Assembly: GCF_022539665.2 (NCBI RefSeq)
Contig: NC_081332.1
Span: 6,758,001 to 6,822,000, forward strand
DNA from: Daphnia carinata
Taxonomy: Eukaryota
Direction of reading: 5' to 3'
DNA length: 64,000 bases
Shown here piece by piece: positions 36,306-48,974 of the stretch. The notes beneath the pieces were generated by a model. The model had not been told where the DNA came from. It was given only the letters and a program-made list of their open reading frames with translations, and made no database searches. Within the stretch, counting starts at the first letter, position 1; the number at the start of each line of letters is the position of its first letter. Both the position numbers and the translations under genes were made by a program.

Positions 36306-38339
36306 ATGGCAATCCGTTTTACCCCCCAAAAAATCGAAAAAAAATCTAGACGTTTGAATCGTTGAAAAATCGACGGTTCCGTAACAATATATGTGTAATA
36401 CAAATTTTTCCAAAAATCTATTCTATTACGTAAGGCAACAATGATATTTATGACTAGAAATCATCTGTTAAGACTTGTAACGTAAAGCAGACAATAAAAA
36501 TTTTGTATTTTATTACGATATTTTAATTCAAAATCGAAAAAAAAGTATAGAATTTAGGCAAAAAAAACAATTAAAAACTTATTGTTTAGATTATTATATT
36601 GGTTTTCAATTATTAATTCCATCCACCTCAATTGACAGTGTGTTAATGATTGTATTTCTGTTCTTTTAAATTTTGTTAGTGCTGCAACAAAAGAATCGAT
36701 AGTAATCAGTCCATGCAGCGAAGGAACTGAACAATTGTGGGGTCGTATTTTGCACTATATTGGTAAGTAAAAAGTTAACCACGTAAGTTGTGATATTTAA
36801 CCACTAGCGGAGACCATCGATAAGTTCAAGAAATGTATGTCACCTGTGATTAACGACGTAGCACTTATGGCTGTCTAATAACATTTCGAATTTTTCTATT
36901 CTAAATTTGGCGTTGGTGTGAGTATCTAGGACAATCCCAAAGTAAAGACTTGTGTTATGTGGCAATACTTGAAACTAAAAGAAAAGGATATGTAAATCAA
37001 ATAAAGTTATGAATTAAAAAAATTGTATATTTACATGGCTGGAATATGTAAAGTTGTATTTAGAGACTTAATTAGAATCCGGCCGTTAGATGGCGGCAGT
37101 TGCAAAAAAGAAAAAACAAGGCGGAAATTTTTTTTTTGCAGCATTGCCATACGTTCAATCTAGGAAGAGGATTTAGGAAGGTTTTTTTTCCTGATTTCCA
37201 CCAAACGCCATCTATTGTTAAATGGGATCAATTTGGAATGTATCGATAAAACGCTTATTTAATAATGTCGACTATATAAAAACTATAAAAAAATATCGAT
37301 ATAGCGCTAGGAGGTTTAGATAGTCGCCTACACTACGCCGAAAGCACCACACCGAGCACTGAAACCACTGCACAAAAATAATCCCCGCATCGAGTCGACG
37401 ACAAAGCACCCCAAGCCCATGTTGGGTTTTAGCCCTTGCCGAGCCTTATGCAACATGGTCTCAGTACATATGTACAGTATGTTGCACAAAAATGTGTCAG
37501 GTAAGGCCCAAGGTTTTTAAAATATATATATAGATATTTTTTTTGCTGTTTTGGCGCTAGGGGGCATATACAGCTTACCTTGCCGGCTATACTTTCTGCA
37601 AGCAACACATCCGCGGATTACTGCACGACGTAGCAGACGGTTTTATTTGTTATTTCTAAACGTCAACTGTCAAAAATATACTAAGTGTTAAGTGTATTTT
37701 GTAATGATTCTATTAGGGATAAATTAAGGTGTTAACAGTTGTTAACGACACCACTAATAATGTCTCTGGCTTTTGGTAACTCCCTAACAGGCTGCAAGTA
37801 AAAATAAATTCAAGCTTTCTCCTAGGTATTAAATGTATATAATATGTTTTCATAATTTAATTCCAATTTGTACAGGGTATGGCTTTACCACAAGGATATA
37901 TTTGAATACGGAAAGGTTCCATCGGAGGGGATCTCTAATGTGACATTATCTATACTTTGACAGCAATGAACAGAAACGGATGCCTACATTACATCTCAAA
38001 CACATGCAAAGGTATTTTACTTTACTAAATATGAAGAATAATAGTATCTTGTAAAAGGAAATCATACCCGGTATCATTAAATTCCAAATGTGGAAATACA
38101 ACGGAGGCTTATTAACAGTTCATTTCTGTTTGTTTTATTGTGAACTTCATTGACGTGTATTACTTATTGTTTTAATAAAATGTTTCAAAACATCAAACCT
38201 GTTGTTTTAATGTTACCTTATATTTCTAAGCCTAAAATAGTAGTCCAGAATCAAATTTTTTCTTTTATTTTCAGTTATTGGGAAAACAAAATAAAACAAA
38301 CAAAAGGTCGAGCTTCTTGACCGAAGTCCTTTTAAATAA

Positions 38340-39190
38340 AATAAACATAATAAGCAGCAAAACAATAAAAAAACAAATTCAGTTTCCTGGAAAAGAATTT
38401 AAGAGTTCTTTCCAATATGCGTCGCTGTTGTTTTTGGTTTCCCAAAAACGTTCAATGGTGGCCCATAAATATTCTTTGCTTCCTGGTTGTTGCGGATAAA
38501 AAGAAATGTTTTTTTCTAGATCCAACCAGATCTTTCTAATTTGCCAAAAATCTCGAGTCTTGCGGCCATGGATGAGCCGTAACTTTTTCTTTTCCATTGG
38601 TCCACTCCTGTAGAGCGTCCGTGATGATTCTTGATTTTCCGTTCTTGAATGTAATAGTGGACATTTTCAACTCATCAAGTAGTTCAGGACTAAATTCGTC
38701 GCTGAACACTTCGATTATTTTGCCAGGAAAATTGTCTACGCGACAAATGGACCCTATGCCGCCAGTCGATGAAATCCAAGCCCACACATGTAGGGAATGC
38801 TTGTTTTTTTTACCTTACATGTGGAATTATCAAAAATAAATGACCGACTTGATGGATACTAAAATAAAATGAAAATTGTTAAAAGAGTTTTTACTTTTCC
38901 AAAAATTAAACACCAAAATTAAAAGACTTACCTGAATGTAGCAGCATCAGTAAAATTCACGTTATTCCATTTGTGCCCATTAAGTTGGGCTTCAGGATCA
39001 CTTGGCTTTGCGGGTAATACACTTGGAAAAAATGATGCCATAGTAGGAGCAAAAATCGTCGCCCACGCTTCGAAGAAAAATGAGGAGAAATGAAAGGAGA
39101 TACCGTGTCTTTTGTACGCGTTAAAATCATGAGGGGAAAGGGTAAGAAAAAGTCACCTAGGCTGAAACTGGACAGGAAGTCTGTAGCCAT
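38340..39190 (-). pseudogene. Divergent, non-catalytic Tc1-transposase-like gene (frameshifted)
   Basis: KWNNVNFTDAATF|intron, VWAWISSTGGIGSICRV, HPWP-KTRDFWQIRKIW correspond to Tc1 W..V.FSDE, VWG.IS..G.G.L and WP.SPDLNPIE.W motifs. Confidence 0.6.
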
Positions 39191-39348
39191 ACGTATAGGT
39201 ATTTATCCTTGACCTAGATCGAAGTGCGTCAGCTGAAAAAAAGTATACCTTTTAACGCATGATTTTAGTTTTTGACTAGAGGGGGTTAGGCTCAGAACTA
39301 AACATTATTGAATAAAGTCAGTTGCACCTCTAAATTTTCTCTAGCGCT

Positions 39349-40230
39349 ATGTTTTTACGTGAGACAGGCAAACATTTAAGTCCCCAAGATAAAGGCGCAA
39401 TAGTTGCGCTTTTGAATAAAAATACTACCATCCCTGAAAATGCGGATACAATTCAGTGCCACCCTAATACAGTTAAAAAGTGGATTCGTCGATACCAAGA
39501 AACTTTTGACGTTAACCGCAAAATAGGATCCGGAGCACCCCGTAAGACGACGCCAGCACAAGATTCAATGCTGTTGCAAGCCGTCAAGGCAAAACCAATA
39601 ACAACCCTCCAGGAACTCAAAGGAAAAAAAAAATAAAAATTTTAATGTTATATTTTATTAAAGCTAGATCATATATAGATATTTGCGAGTTGCCCATTCA
39701 TCGAGCAACGATTTCTCGAAGACTAAAAGGGCACGGGATTCACGGCAGAATTGCTGCCAAAAAAGAATTCCTTACAGAAGCCCAAAAAAATGCAAGATTA
39801 GCATTCGCAACGGAATTCGTCAATAAAGATGCAGATTGGTGGACAAAAGTTATATTTAGCGATGAAAAAACTTTTGGGTAAACAATTTATTAGTTTAATT
39901 TTTCTAAATTTTGATTTCATTATTTTATGTTCATTTGACAGTTCCCACGAGTGTGGTCGTTCCTTCGTTTATCGCACGAATGGAACGAGGTTCAACCCTA
40001 GTCACACTCAGATAATTAAACGGAGTGGGAGGCAATCAATTCCAATTTGGGCCTGGTTTTCGTCCGATGACGCCGGGAAAATGCATCGCATCAACAGCCG
40101 TCTAACGGCTGAAAAATACATCGGAATATTGGAGAACGCACTACTACCATCTGCATGGGCTAGGTTTGGAACAGATGAGCTCATTCCATTTGTTCAGGAT
40201 CATTCTTCCATCCATAGGAGTTATTATTAA
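39349..40230 (+). pseudogene. Tc1 transposase, truncated before the third catalytic residue
   Basis: HLSPQDKGAIVAL...TVKKWIRRY...GSGAPRKTT, TISRRL, WTKVIFSDEKTF|intron 39878-39941, IPIWAWFS, FVQDHSSIH; runs directly into the right TIR. Confidence 0.85.
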
Positions 40231-40778
40231 ACAAACAGAAATGAACTGTTAATACTCCTCCGTTGTATTTCCACATTTGGAATTTAATGATACCGGGTAT
40301 GATTTCCTTTTACAAGATACTATTATTCTTCATATTTAGTAAAGTAAAATATCTTTGCATGTATTTGAGATGTAATGTAGGCATCCGTTTCTGTTCATTG
40401 CTGTCAAAGTATAGATAATGTCACATCAGAGATCCCCTCCGATGGGTATTCAAATATATCCTTTCCAAATTGGAATATTCATATAATATATATCCTTTAT
40501 ATATATTATTAATTCGTTACTGTTAACACTTTAATTTATCCCTAATAGAAAAACGGAAAATGAAATAAAATATAAATTTAGTTAAGCAGATTTATAAATA
40601 TATATTACAAAACACAATATAATTTGTGACAGTTGACGTTTAGAAATAACAAATAAAACCGTCTGCTAATATATATATATAATTAGCGCCAAAACAGCAA
40701 AAAAATATCTATATATATATTTAAAAACCTTGGGCCTTACCTGACACATTTTTGTGTAACATACTGTACTAAGTAGTA

Positions 40779-41701
40779 GGGGAGACTGGGGTGTGTTGGG
40801 ACACGTTTTGTTTTTCGTTCATATCTTCGACACAAATTACTCAATTTTTTTTTTGATTGGCTCAATATATTGCCCTCCTCTTCTTTTACCTCCATGAATT
40901 TTTTCAGAATTTGAGAAGCAATTGTGTACCGTCTACAGAATTTTAAAGTTCTGAAAATTCATGAAATGGGACACCAGGGTGGGTAATAGCCTCGGTTTAT
41001 ACTTATAAAATACATTTTTAATAAATCAGCTCTAAATGAACTCTTTATTTTAGAAAAGTTTTATTTGCTATTAAGATGTAAATGAATAATTTTCCTTATA
41101 GCATAAGAAATTCCTTATAAAATGATAGGGAAAAAAATGAAGGGGCCGGGCTTAGGAAATCGATTACTAAAATCGATATTTGTTTGCTAATATTCTGTGA
41201 AAAAACCTCTTAGGTGACGTGGGTAACGTTAAAAATATTAAGGAAATTTTATTTAAAACAATAAATTTAATAATAGGTAATTTTTTTACTAATTAGTATA
41301 GTACTATTTTTGTAGCTCCGTCCTTGGGATACTGTCCCATTTAGCACATTGCTGTAATGAATACAATTTCGGCCCAAAATAATGGATAAAATAATTGTTT
41401 TTTTTTGCAAACGATAGAGAAATGGATAAACAACATGTTTGTATGTATAAAATATTAACTATTTGTAGTATTGCGAAGAAAAACGCTAAATGGCGGCGAA
41501 AAATTTAAGGAAAAAAATACCATTTTTTCTATTTTCTTAATAACTTTTGTATTTATTTACTTATTCGTTTAAAACTTTTACCCTAAATAGGAAACATCTA
41601 TACCAATAATACATAATCTTTTGAAATTTTAAATCAATGTTTACTATTTTTCCTCCAGCTGTCCCGCTTCACCCACTGTCCCGGCTCACCCCAGTCTTCC
41701 C
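40779..41701. mobile_element. MITE with GGGGAGACTGGGGTG TIRs, TA-flanked (Tc1/pogo-like)
   Basis: TA-GGGGAGACTGGGGTG...CACCCCAGTCTTCCC-TA; subterminal gggac/gtccc repeats; no ORF. Confidence 0.75.
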
Positions 41702-42246
41702 TACATAGCTGCAGATGCACTTTTTCTTATGGGCTAAACGCGCAGGGCGTTATTCAATTGTTTTTTTGGTATGCTGTCTGCTTGTAATTTTTCCGTGCGG
41801 ATGCGCGATAAAACGTAATTTTCCACGCGGAATGTGGAAAAAGATCCTTAAAAATGTAAATTAAACGAGAACCGTCGAAATAAATTTGTTTAACTTATCT
41901 TAGTTAATTTCTGCGATTTTCTATCTAAGACGGATATTAAAATTCCCAAGCTGCAAACAAAATTGAAATACTTACATATAATTACAATTTTTTACACCTA
42001 CTTACAGTTTGAACTTTCCGGCGTATCGCCCCGTAATCCGACTGACCTTACCGGTCCTTCTCCCCCCGCGACACCAGACCTATGTCTCTTGGACGTCTGC
42101 GTATCCACGAGCGGGTCCATCGTACCCTCTTGCCATCGAACCCGACCGCGATCCCCGGTTACCGACACTTCTTTGCTACTATGAGAGCTGACAACAGAAC
42201 CGGCTTCAAATTCATTTATTTTCAATTACTATAACTATTGTACATA

Positions 42247-42874
42247 CAGTACCCGCCCTTAGTATGCGAACACCGAGGGTTTTTGGGGCTTTTTTACAGG
42301 GTGTCTTATGGCGGTAGGGTCCCTTGTACAAGCGTAAAAAAGGGCCATTAAAAATGAAGATAAAAAAATAAAATTTTGCCCTGATATTAATTAAATAATG
42401 GGCTATTTAGCACTATTTTTTTAAATTTTTTATCTATAAGACTTTTTGACTTACATGCTAGTCATGTATTATCCGAACACCGCGTTGATCTTATAGGGTG
42501 CCTAATGACACTACCTCATTTTTTAGAATTTTTTTTTTAATATAAGGAAATGTTTTCTAGATGTCGCAATTACATTAATCGATAGGATATTCATTAAACT
42601 ATATCCTATTTTAGTAATATAACTTAATATCAATTATTTTAGGAACGGGAATTTTTTTAAGTGAAGACTGTGCTAAGTTTTTCCCGTCAAAAATAGTTTA
42701 TCTTGTTTCCACTTGAGGCGCTGAACTCATTACGTAAAAGCACAGAAATACGTCTGCTTTTACAGTAAACTGTGTTAGCTGTCTGAAAAAGCGTAATGAG
42801 GGCAGCGCCTCAAGTGGGAACAAGATAAACTATTTTTGACGGGAAAAACTTAGGGATACTAAGGGCGGGTACTG
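42247..42874. mobile_element. Tc1-type MITE
   Basis: TA-CAGTACCCGCCCTTAGTAT ... ATACTAAGGGCGGGTACTG-TA; internal inverted repeat ~42675-42723 vs ~42803-42851. Confidence 0.85.
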
Positions 42875-43527
42875 TATATATAATAGTAATATATATATTA
42901 TAATTCTATGTATGTATAAATATATAAATATAATTGTACGTATGTATAAATATATATATATAATTGTAATATACTGTATATACAGTACCCACCAAATTAT
43001 TAGGCACACCTCCTCCATTTACGTGTATTCATATGGCGCTACGGTTTTTTTTTAACTCTCATTGCTATTTAATGGATACAGGTAGATATTTTTTTTTAAT
43101 TTTTACTGATCAGATTAGATCGTGATCTACAATTCACTAATACTTAGTTTTTTGTAGAACTTACCGCTAAGCCTCTAGGTCCTCGTTCACGAAATAGGCA
43201 CACCCGGTTTTTCCCCATAAGCGTAATGCTAAGACTTGGTTTTTTAAAATTTTATATAAAATACTTAGAGTTGAGCTAAAAAAAATCTTTTTACCCAAAA
43301 GATATAGCATTCCTTACTTAATATAGATGTAATGTTACTTTTTAAAAAATAATTTTTCTCAATACCCCTCCCTATAGCTTGAAGTTAACTCCCTTCTAAG
43401 TTTTGGGTCGGAAAATGTACTTCACACTTGGTCACCAGAGGCGCTGCAATGCAGCTTCTTGCCGTTAATGTTTGAAATTGGGGGAGGGGGGTTTAATAAG
43501 AAGATAACGAATTATAAAATTATTGAC

Positions 43528-44965
43528 ATGCGACAAGGTGGTTCCAGTCTCCGTGATATTGCTAAAACTATGGGCCGTAGTGCAACAGCTGTCAAACGTG
43601 TGGTGGACCGTTTAAAATTTGAAGGAGAAGTTGACTTAGCCCGAAAAAGAGAATACAAAAATTTCTACGAAAACTGCACAGTATTTGCACATTTTATCTA
43701 AAAGAGATCGACGTAAGACATTGCCAGTGTTAGCCGAAGAAATCAATCTCGTTACCGATTCACCCGTCTCGTTGTCAACAGTCAGAAGATCTTTAACTGG
43801 TAGTGGTATGAATGGGCGAGTTGCCTGCAAAAAACCTTTACTTCGGAAAGTCAACATTCAGAAGCGTTTAAAATTTGCGAAGGAACATGTGCAATGGACA
43901 GCCAGCCATGGAGTAAAGTTGTTTACCGATGAAACAAGAATTGAAATTTTCGGCTCTCACAGGCGCACGTTTGTTAGACGGAAATTGGATGAACGCTTTA
44001 GAAAAGAATGTTTGAAATCAAATTGACGGCAAGATGACAAAAGAAACCTACCATCAAATTCTTATTCGCAAAGTATTTATGAAGCTAAATATTACTGTGA
44101 CAGTTATCTAATTTTTAAATTATTAGGCAGTTCCCGGTGGTGTCTCTTTGCTTGGAGAAGGGTTCACCTTTCAGGAAGATATTGATCCCAAGCATTCTTC
44201 TATTTTGTGTCGCTCTTATTTAGACAAAAAAGAAAAATTAGGTATTGGTTGATTCTTTCGTATTTTTTGGTTTAAAAATTGACTTTCATAGAGTTTCGTT
44301 AAAAAGGAGTTCTAAAAAGAATGATTTGGCCACCACAAAGCCCGGACCTTAACCCATTGAGATCAATTTTCCGATCGCGAAAGTTTGATCGGGATCAAAC
44401 TGCGAAAGATCGGATCGGCGATCAAATTTTGCCGATCATTTTTAGCGCTCATTTTTGTGCATCATCTAACGGTAAAAATTTACACGGTTTCGCGAAAATA
44501 GCATTGGCTGTCACAGCGATAGTCACTGGCGGCCATTGAGAGTTTCCTTCAATTGGCATTCGCATAAATAGCAGTGAAAAAACCCTGCGGCTGAAAATCT
44601 ACAGCTAGATGGCGAAAAGTTTGATCGCTAAAAACGATCGGATCGCGATCAATTTTTTGGGATCGCCGATCCGATCTCCGATCTTTTTCAAAAGATCGGA
44701 TCGGCGATCAATTTTTTGATCGGAGATCGGATCGGCGATCAATTTTTGATCGCGATCGCGGCAAGTCTGCCTTAACCCCATTGAGCAAGTTTGGGATTTT
44801 GTAAAATCAAGATTTGAAGAATCTCATAAAATAACCACGATATGGAGAGAATTAGAAAACGCGTGGCATCAAGTAACACCTGAGCTTTTGCAGAAATACA
44901 TCGACACAATGCAAGATCGTTGTAAAGTAGTCATTTTAGCAAAGGGTGGCCATACTAGATATTAA
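43528..44965 (+). pseudogene. Tc1 transposase pseudogene, DD38E
   Basis: SLRDIAKTMGRS, VSLSTVRRSL, GRVACKKPLL, LFTDETRIEIFG, FQEDIDPKH, WPPQSPDLNP|insertion|IEQVW, AKGGHTRY*; frameshifts and an internal deletion. Confidence 0.88.
44355..44769. mobile_element. hAT-like MITE rich in GATCG repeats, inserted in the Tc1 catalytic motif
   Basis: right end GCGGCAAGTCTG; flanking duplication ccttaacc(c)attgag; many gatcggatcggcgatcaattttt subterminal repeats; left TIR not intact. Confidence 0.75.
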
Positions 44966-45274
44966 TTTTTTTATTGTTTGAACATCATGCATTTAACACA
45001 AGATTTCAAATTAATTGTGATATTTATTTTTATTTCTAAGAATTCTAAATAAGCAAAACAAAGAATGAATAAATCTTTGTCTGCTCTTATTGATAGCCCT
45101 TATGTTTAAAAAAAAACCAACTTCAAACATTAACGGCAAAAAGCTGCATTGCAGCGCCTCTGGTGACCAAGTGTGAAGTACACTTTCCGTCCCAAAACTT
45201 AGAAGGGAGTTAACTTCAAAGGATAGGGAGGGGTATTGAGGGAAATTATTTTTGAAAAAATAACATTACATCTA

Positions 45275-45841
45275 CAGTAATGTACTCACAATGTTTTTTT
45301 TCTTTGACAGCCAATAGTTTGCTGTAAAAGCACACGCATTTCTGGCTGCTTTTACGTAGTGAGTTCAGCGCCGCAGGTGGGAATAAAATAAACTATTTTT
45401 GACGGGAAAAACTTACCACTGTCTTCACTTTAAAAAATTCCCTTTCCTAAAATAATTAATATTAAGTGATGTTACTAAAAAAGGACATAGTTTAATGAAT
45501 ATCCTATTGATTAACCTAATTGCGAGGTCTAGGAAACATTTCCTTGTATGAAAAAAAAAATTCTAAAAAATGAGGTAGTGTCATTAGGTATCCCGTACGC
45601 TAAACGCGGTGTTCGGTTAATACATGACTAGCATGCTAGTCAATCAATCTTATAGATAAAAAATTGAAAAAAATTTTGCTAGATAGCGGATTATTTAATT
45701 AACACCTGGACTTTTTTTTATTTCTCTATCTTCATTTTTTCTGTCCCTTTTTTGCATTTGCGCTAGTCTCCTTCCGCCATAAGACGCCATGTTAATTGGC
45801 CCCAAAAACCCCTAGTGTTCGGACACTTTTGGAGGGTACTG
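45275..45841. mobile_element. Tc1-type MITE related to 42247-42874, inverted, inserted at a TA in the right TIR of the host Tc1
   Basis: TA-CAGTA...TACTG-TA; ~45365-45841 is a diverged reverse complement of 42247-42723; removing it restores tacatctatattaagtaag, matching the left TIR. Confidence 0.82.
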
Positions 45842-46487
45842 TATATTAAGTAAGAAATGCTATATCTTTTGGGAAAAAAGATATTTTTTAGCTCAACTCT
45901 AAGTATTTTATATAAAATTTTAAAAAACCTAGTCTTAGCATTACGCTTATGGGGAAAAACCGGGTGTGCCTATTTCGTGAACGAGGACCTAGAGGCTTAG
46001 CGGTAAATTCTACAAAAAATCTAAGTATTAGTGAATTGTAGATCACGACCTAATCTGATCAGCAAAAATTTAAAAAAAAATCTACCTGTATCCATTAAAT
46101 AGCAATGGGAGTTTAAAAAACCCCGTAGCGCCATATGAATACACGTAAATGGAGGAGGTGTGCCTAATAATTTGGTGGGTACTGTATGTGTATTTATTAT
46201 ATTGTAGTATTTATATACATTATCATAGTATTGTAAATATAAATTTATATAAAACGAATTCATATTATTCGCTTCGCAAAAATTAAGACATGCGCTACAC
46301 GCATTTTTGTTTAACTGGTTTAACTTTAACGGTTTATACGGTCAACGTTGTTATGGCAACGAGGTTATCTAGATTTTGTTTTAGCGTTGATTTCTGATTC
46401 AATGCTTCGAGGATTTCTGGTTAATGCAATATTGAATATATATAACTTCTAAAGTTTTGACATAAGCGTTTAGCTCGTCACTAGAAC

Positions 46488-47754
46488 ATGAAGCGAATTC
46501 CTTCTAGGCCAAGTAAAAGTTGCAACGCTATTCTTGGTATATCTTCTGGTATTCATTTAATCTCTGGCCTGGCTGTTATTGTTTTCCAGGTAGGCTAATA
46601 TTGCATTTTGTACTTCCTGTTGTACTGTAACTAAAATCAAGGTTTTCCTTAAATATTGGACAGATGATTGATCAATCTTTAAACAAATTTTCTTCATAGA
46701 TTCTGCTGATTCACGCTAACTCACTGTACCATGACATAGGTGGAGGCCTATGGGCAGGTCCAGTTTTCTTCATTCAGGGTGTCCTTGGTTTTATCTGTTT
46801 GTGTGATGTATTAATGTGCAGGTAATTAGTGAAACCTGTAAATATTTAGTGAGAAAACATTTAAAACTTTTAAAAATAAGAACACAGCTAATCAGTACAT
46901 TCTTATAGTGTGGTATCATTTTTAGTATCATCTGTTATTGGAGCGCTGCTAACTGTTGCGTTAGCAGCTATTGCTGCTGTAGATTTGGGCTCTATATATA
47001 AATGTCCCAAAGAGGACTATAGATCTTCCCCATATTACCCAGCATACTGTCGTATGTTTGTTTTTACTTTTCAAATTTTTTGTTTCATCTTGAAGGTAAT
47101 TCATGACATTTCTTAAATTTTGACGTCTCCCTAGATCCCAGCTATGCTCCACAAATTGTTCAAGCATCATGGGGAATCATAATAACTTCATGTGTACAGC
47201 TGGTAGCATCTGCTTGTTCCATCTACATATGCATGACAATAATTTATAGTACTGATTCTTCACCAACACAAGCGGTAAGATCATGTATGCCTCTCACTGA
47301 ACGGCTTTAAAACCAATAACTAACAAAAATATGTTAATATCTATAGATGTCAAATCCTTATTTGTATGATGAAATACCGTCCCCTCATGATACGAGATTT
47401 CGTGGTTCCTTACAGTCAGCTCAAGAAAAAGTTCAAACTTTCCGTACTAAATCTTCCTATAGTCTAAATTCCACGCTCCCAGTGCGGCGAAGCAAATCGG
47501 TTGATCGTTTTTCGGAGGACGACGATTCTTTTTCTGATCAAAATATGATTATGTATTCAACAAACTCTGTCAACGTGGTTCCCAGCGGAGCCCGGTACAA
47601 AAAACCGTCTGCGAAAGTGGCTAATGCAAATTCCATGTATAATGTGATGTATCCATCTGGCCCCCCGATTCGCATAGCACCTCGACCTTCCTCTACTCGT
47701 TCATTGAACATGCAGGGTGAGCTACCAGGTCACATGAAACATACCGCCGTTTAG
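46488..47754 (+). CDS. Four-transmembrane MS4A/CD20-like protein with a Ser/Pro-rich tail, 5 exons
   Basis: exons 46488-46589, 46700-46821, 46909-47051, 47135-47273, 47347-47754 join in frame; four hydrophobic segments; DIGGGLWAGPVFFIQGVLG; Cys pair in the second loop. Confidence 0.7.
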
Positions 47755-48593
47755 TTGGAAAGAGAGCTCCAAGTTTTGTTAATCGGCATGCACTTTTTGA
47801 CCCGAGTCTGGTTCGTAAGTCAGATTGACGGCCGTTGTATTCTGCTAGTCGCGAATTCCGTTCCACGTTTTTAAATTAACATTCTTCTCACAATTCTCGT
47901 TCCTATTGTTTTTATCAATGTTCTTTTTTCGTGCGACTAAAAACCGCTTCATATATCAGGAATCGCGTACTTAGCCATGCTCATGTATCCTCTGATGGAA
48001 TGTGATTCAATAGTGCCTAATGACAAATTTTAGTTTTAATAAGTCTTTGTTAATCCAATCAACATTCTGCAACTGATCCTACATCGACAACCACTTTCTT
48101 AAATTGCTCAGCTTACATTTTTCGTCATTTGAAAGATTCCTATTATTACTTTTCTTATTGCTGTGAATTTTTCCTCAAGTTTTGCCCAAGATGATGGTTC
48201 AACTCTATACTATAGGAATTTATTGCCAGATTATTGATACTTGGCGAGTAGTGGGTACATGCACATGGTCGGCTTTCCGTATTGAAAATGGAATACGTAT
48301 TCTCTATTCATGCCATTATCTATCATCATTGGCACATAAGGCTCGGCCGCACGTCCCATGGATGGATATTTGGCTGAATGAGTAGCTTTTCTCGGTTAAA
48401 ACATTAGATCCAGTGGGTAACGGTTCTTGAGACTTTGTACCCACTACCTAACCGGGTTTCATGTAAGTAGCGCAAGCTCGAGCATCTCGAGCGGATGGGC
48501 CAGGAATGGCAACGTGGCAGGCTAGACACAATTTTTTTTTTTAATGAAAGCGGTGAAAGTACTGTTATTTGATCTGGCAACTGTCAGGTCGAG

Positions 48594-48648
48594 CAGACTT
48601 GCCGCGATCCTGATCACGATCGAAAAATTGATTTGGGCGGCAAGTCTG
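48594..48648. mobile_element. 55-bp minimal TIR element of the same family as 44355-44769
   Basis: CAGACTTGCCGC...GCGGCAAGTCTG with flanking ggtcgag/ggttgag near-duplication. Confidence 0.7.
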
Positions 48649-48974
48649 GGTTGAGCAATCTGAACCTGATGATTGTGGAATTTCCACATTACCGTGTTTA
48701 ATATGGTCCATAGTTATTTTGTTCCGTTGTGCAAAACGCGTTTGTCCTAATAAAAACAACATAGCTTATTTTGCCCCCCCTTAAAATTCCAGTCTGCTTT
48801 TGCAACGGAAAAAATCGATCCCAGGGTTTGAAGAGCTGACGCAGGCACATCATGTATGTGAACTTCATTTCAAAGACAAATACATTATCCGCTACAGCGA
48901 ACTGATTGTACAAGGGTGTATTAATAAATCCCACTACACAGATGTAGGTTGAAAGATGGTGCAGTTCCATCCAT

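Larger units (their letters stand above)
37475..40766. mobile_element. Tc1/mariner element with long TIRs carrying two divergent transposase-related genes
   Basis: TA-CAGTATGTT(G/A)CACAAAAATGTGTCAGG ends; inverted arms 37475-~38136 and ~40228-40766; TA on both sides. Confidence 0.88.
42983..46184 (+). mobile_element. Tc1 element (DD38E spacing) with ~490 bp TIRs and two nested insertions
   Basis: TA-CAGTACCCACCAAATTATTAGGCACACC ends; left TIR 42983-~43475 mirrors ~45123-46184 (interrupted); TA on both sides. Confidence 0.92.

Noticed and set aside
41997..42225. GC-richer island with a minus-strand AATAAA, possibly an LTR fragment
   Set aside because: No TG...CA ends, TSD, PBS or partner LTR could be identified
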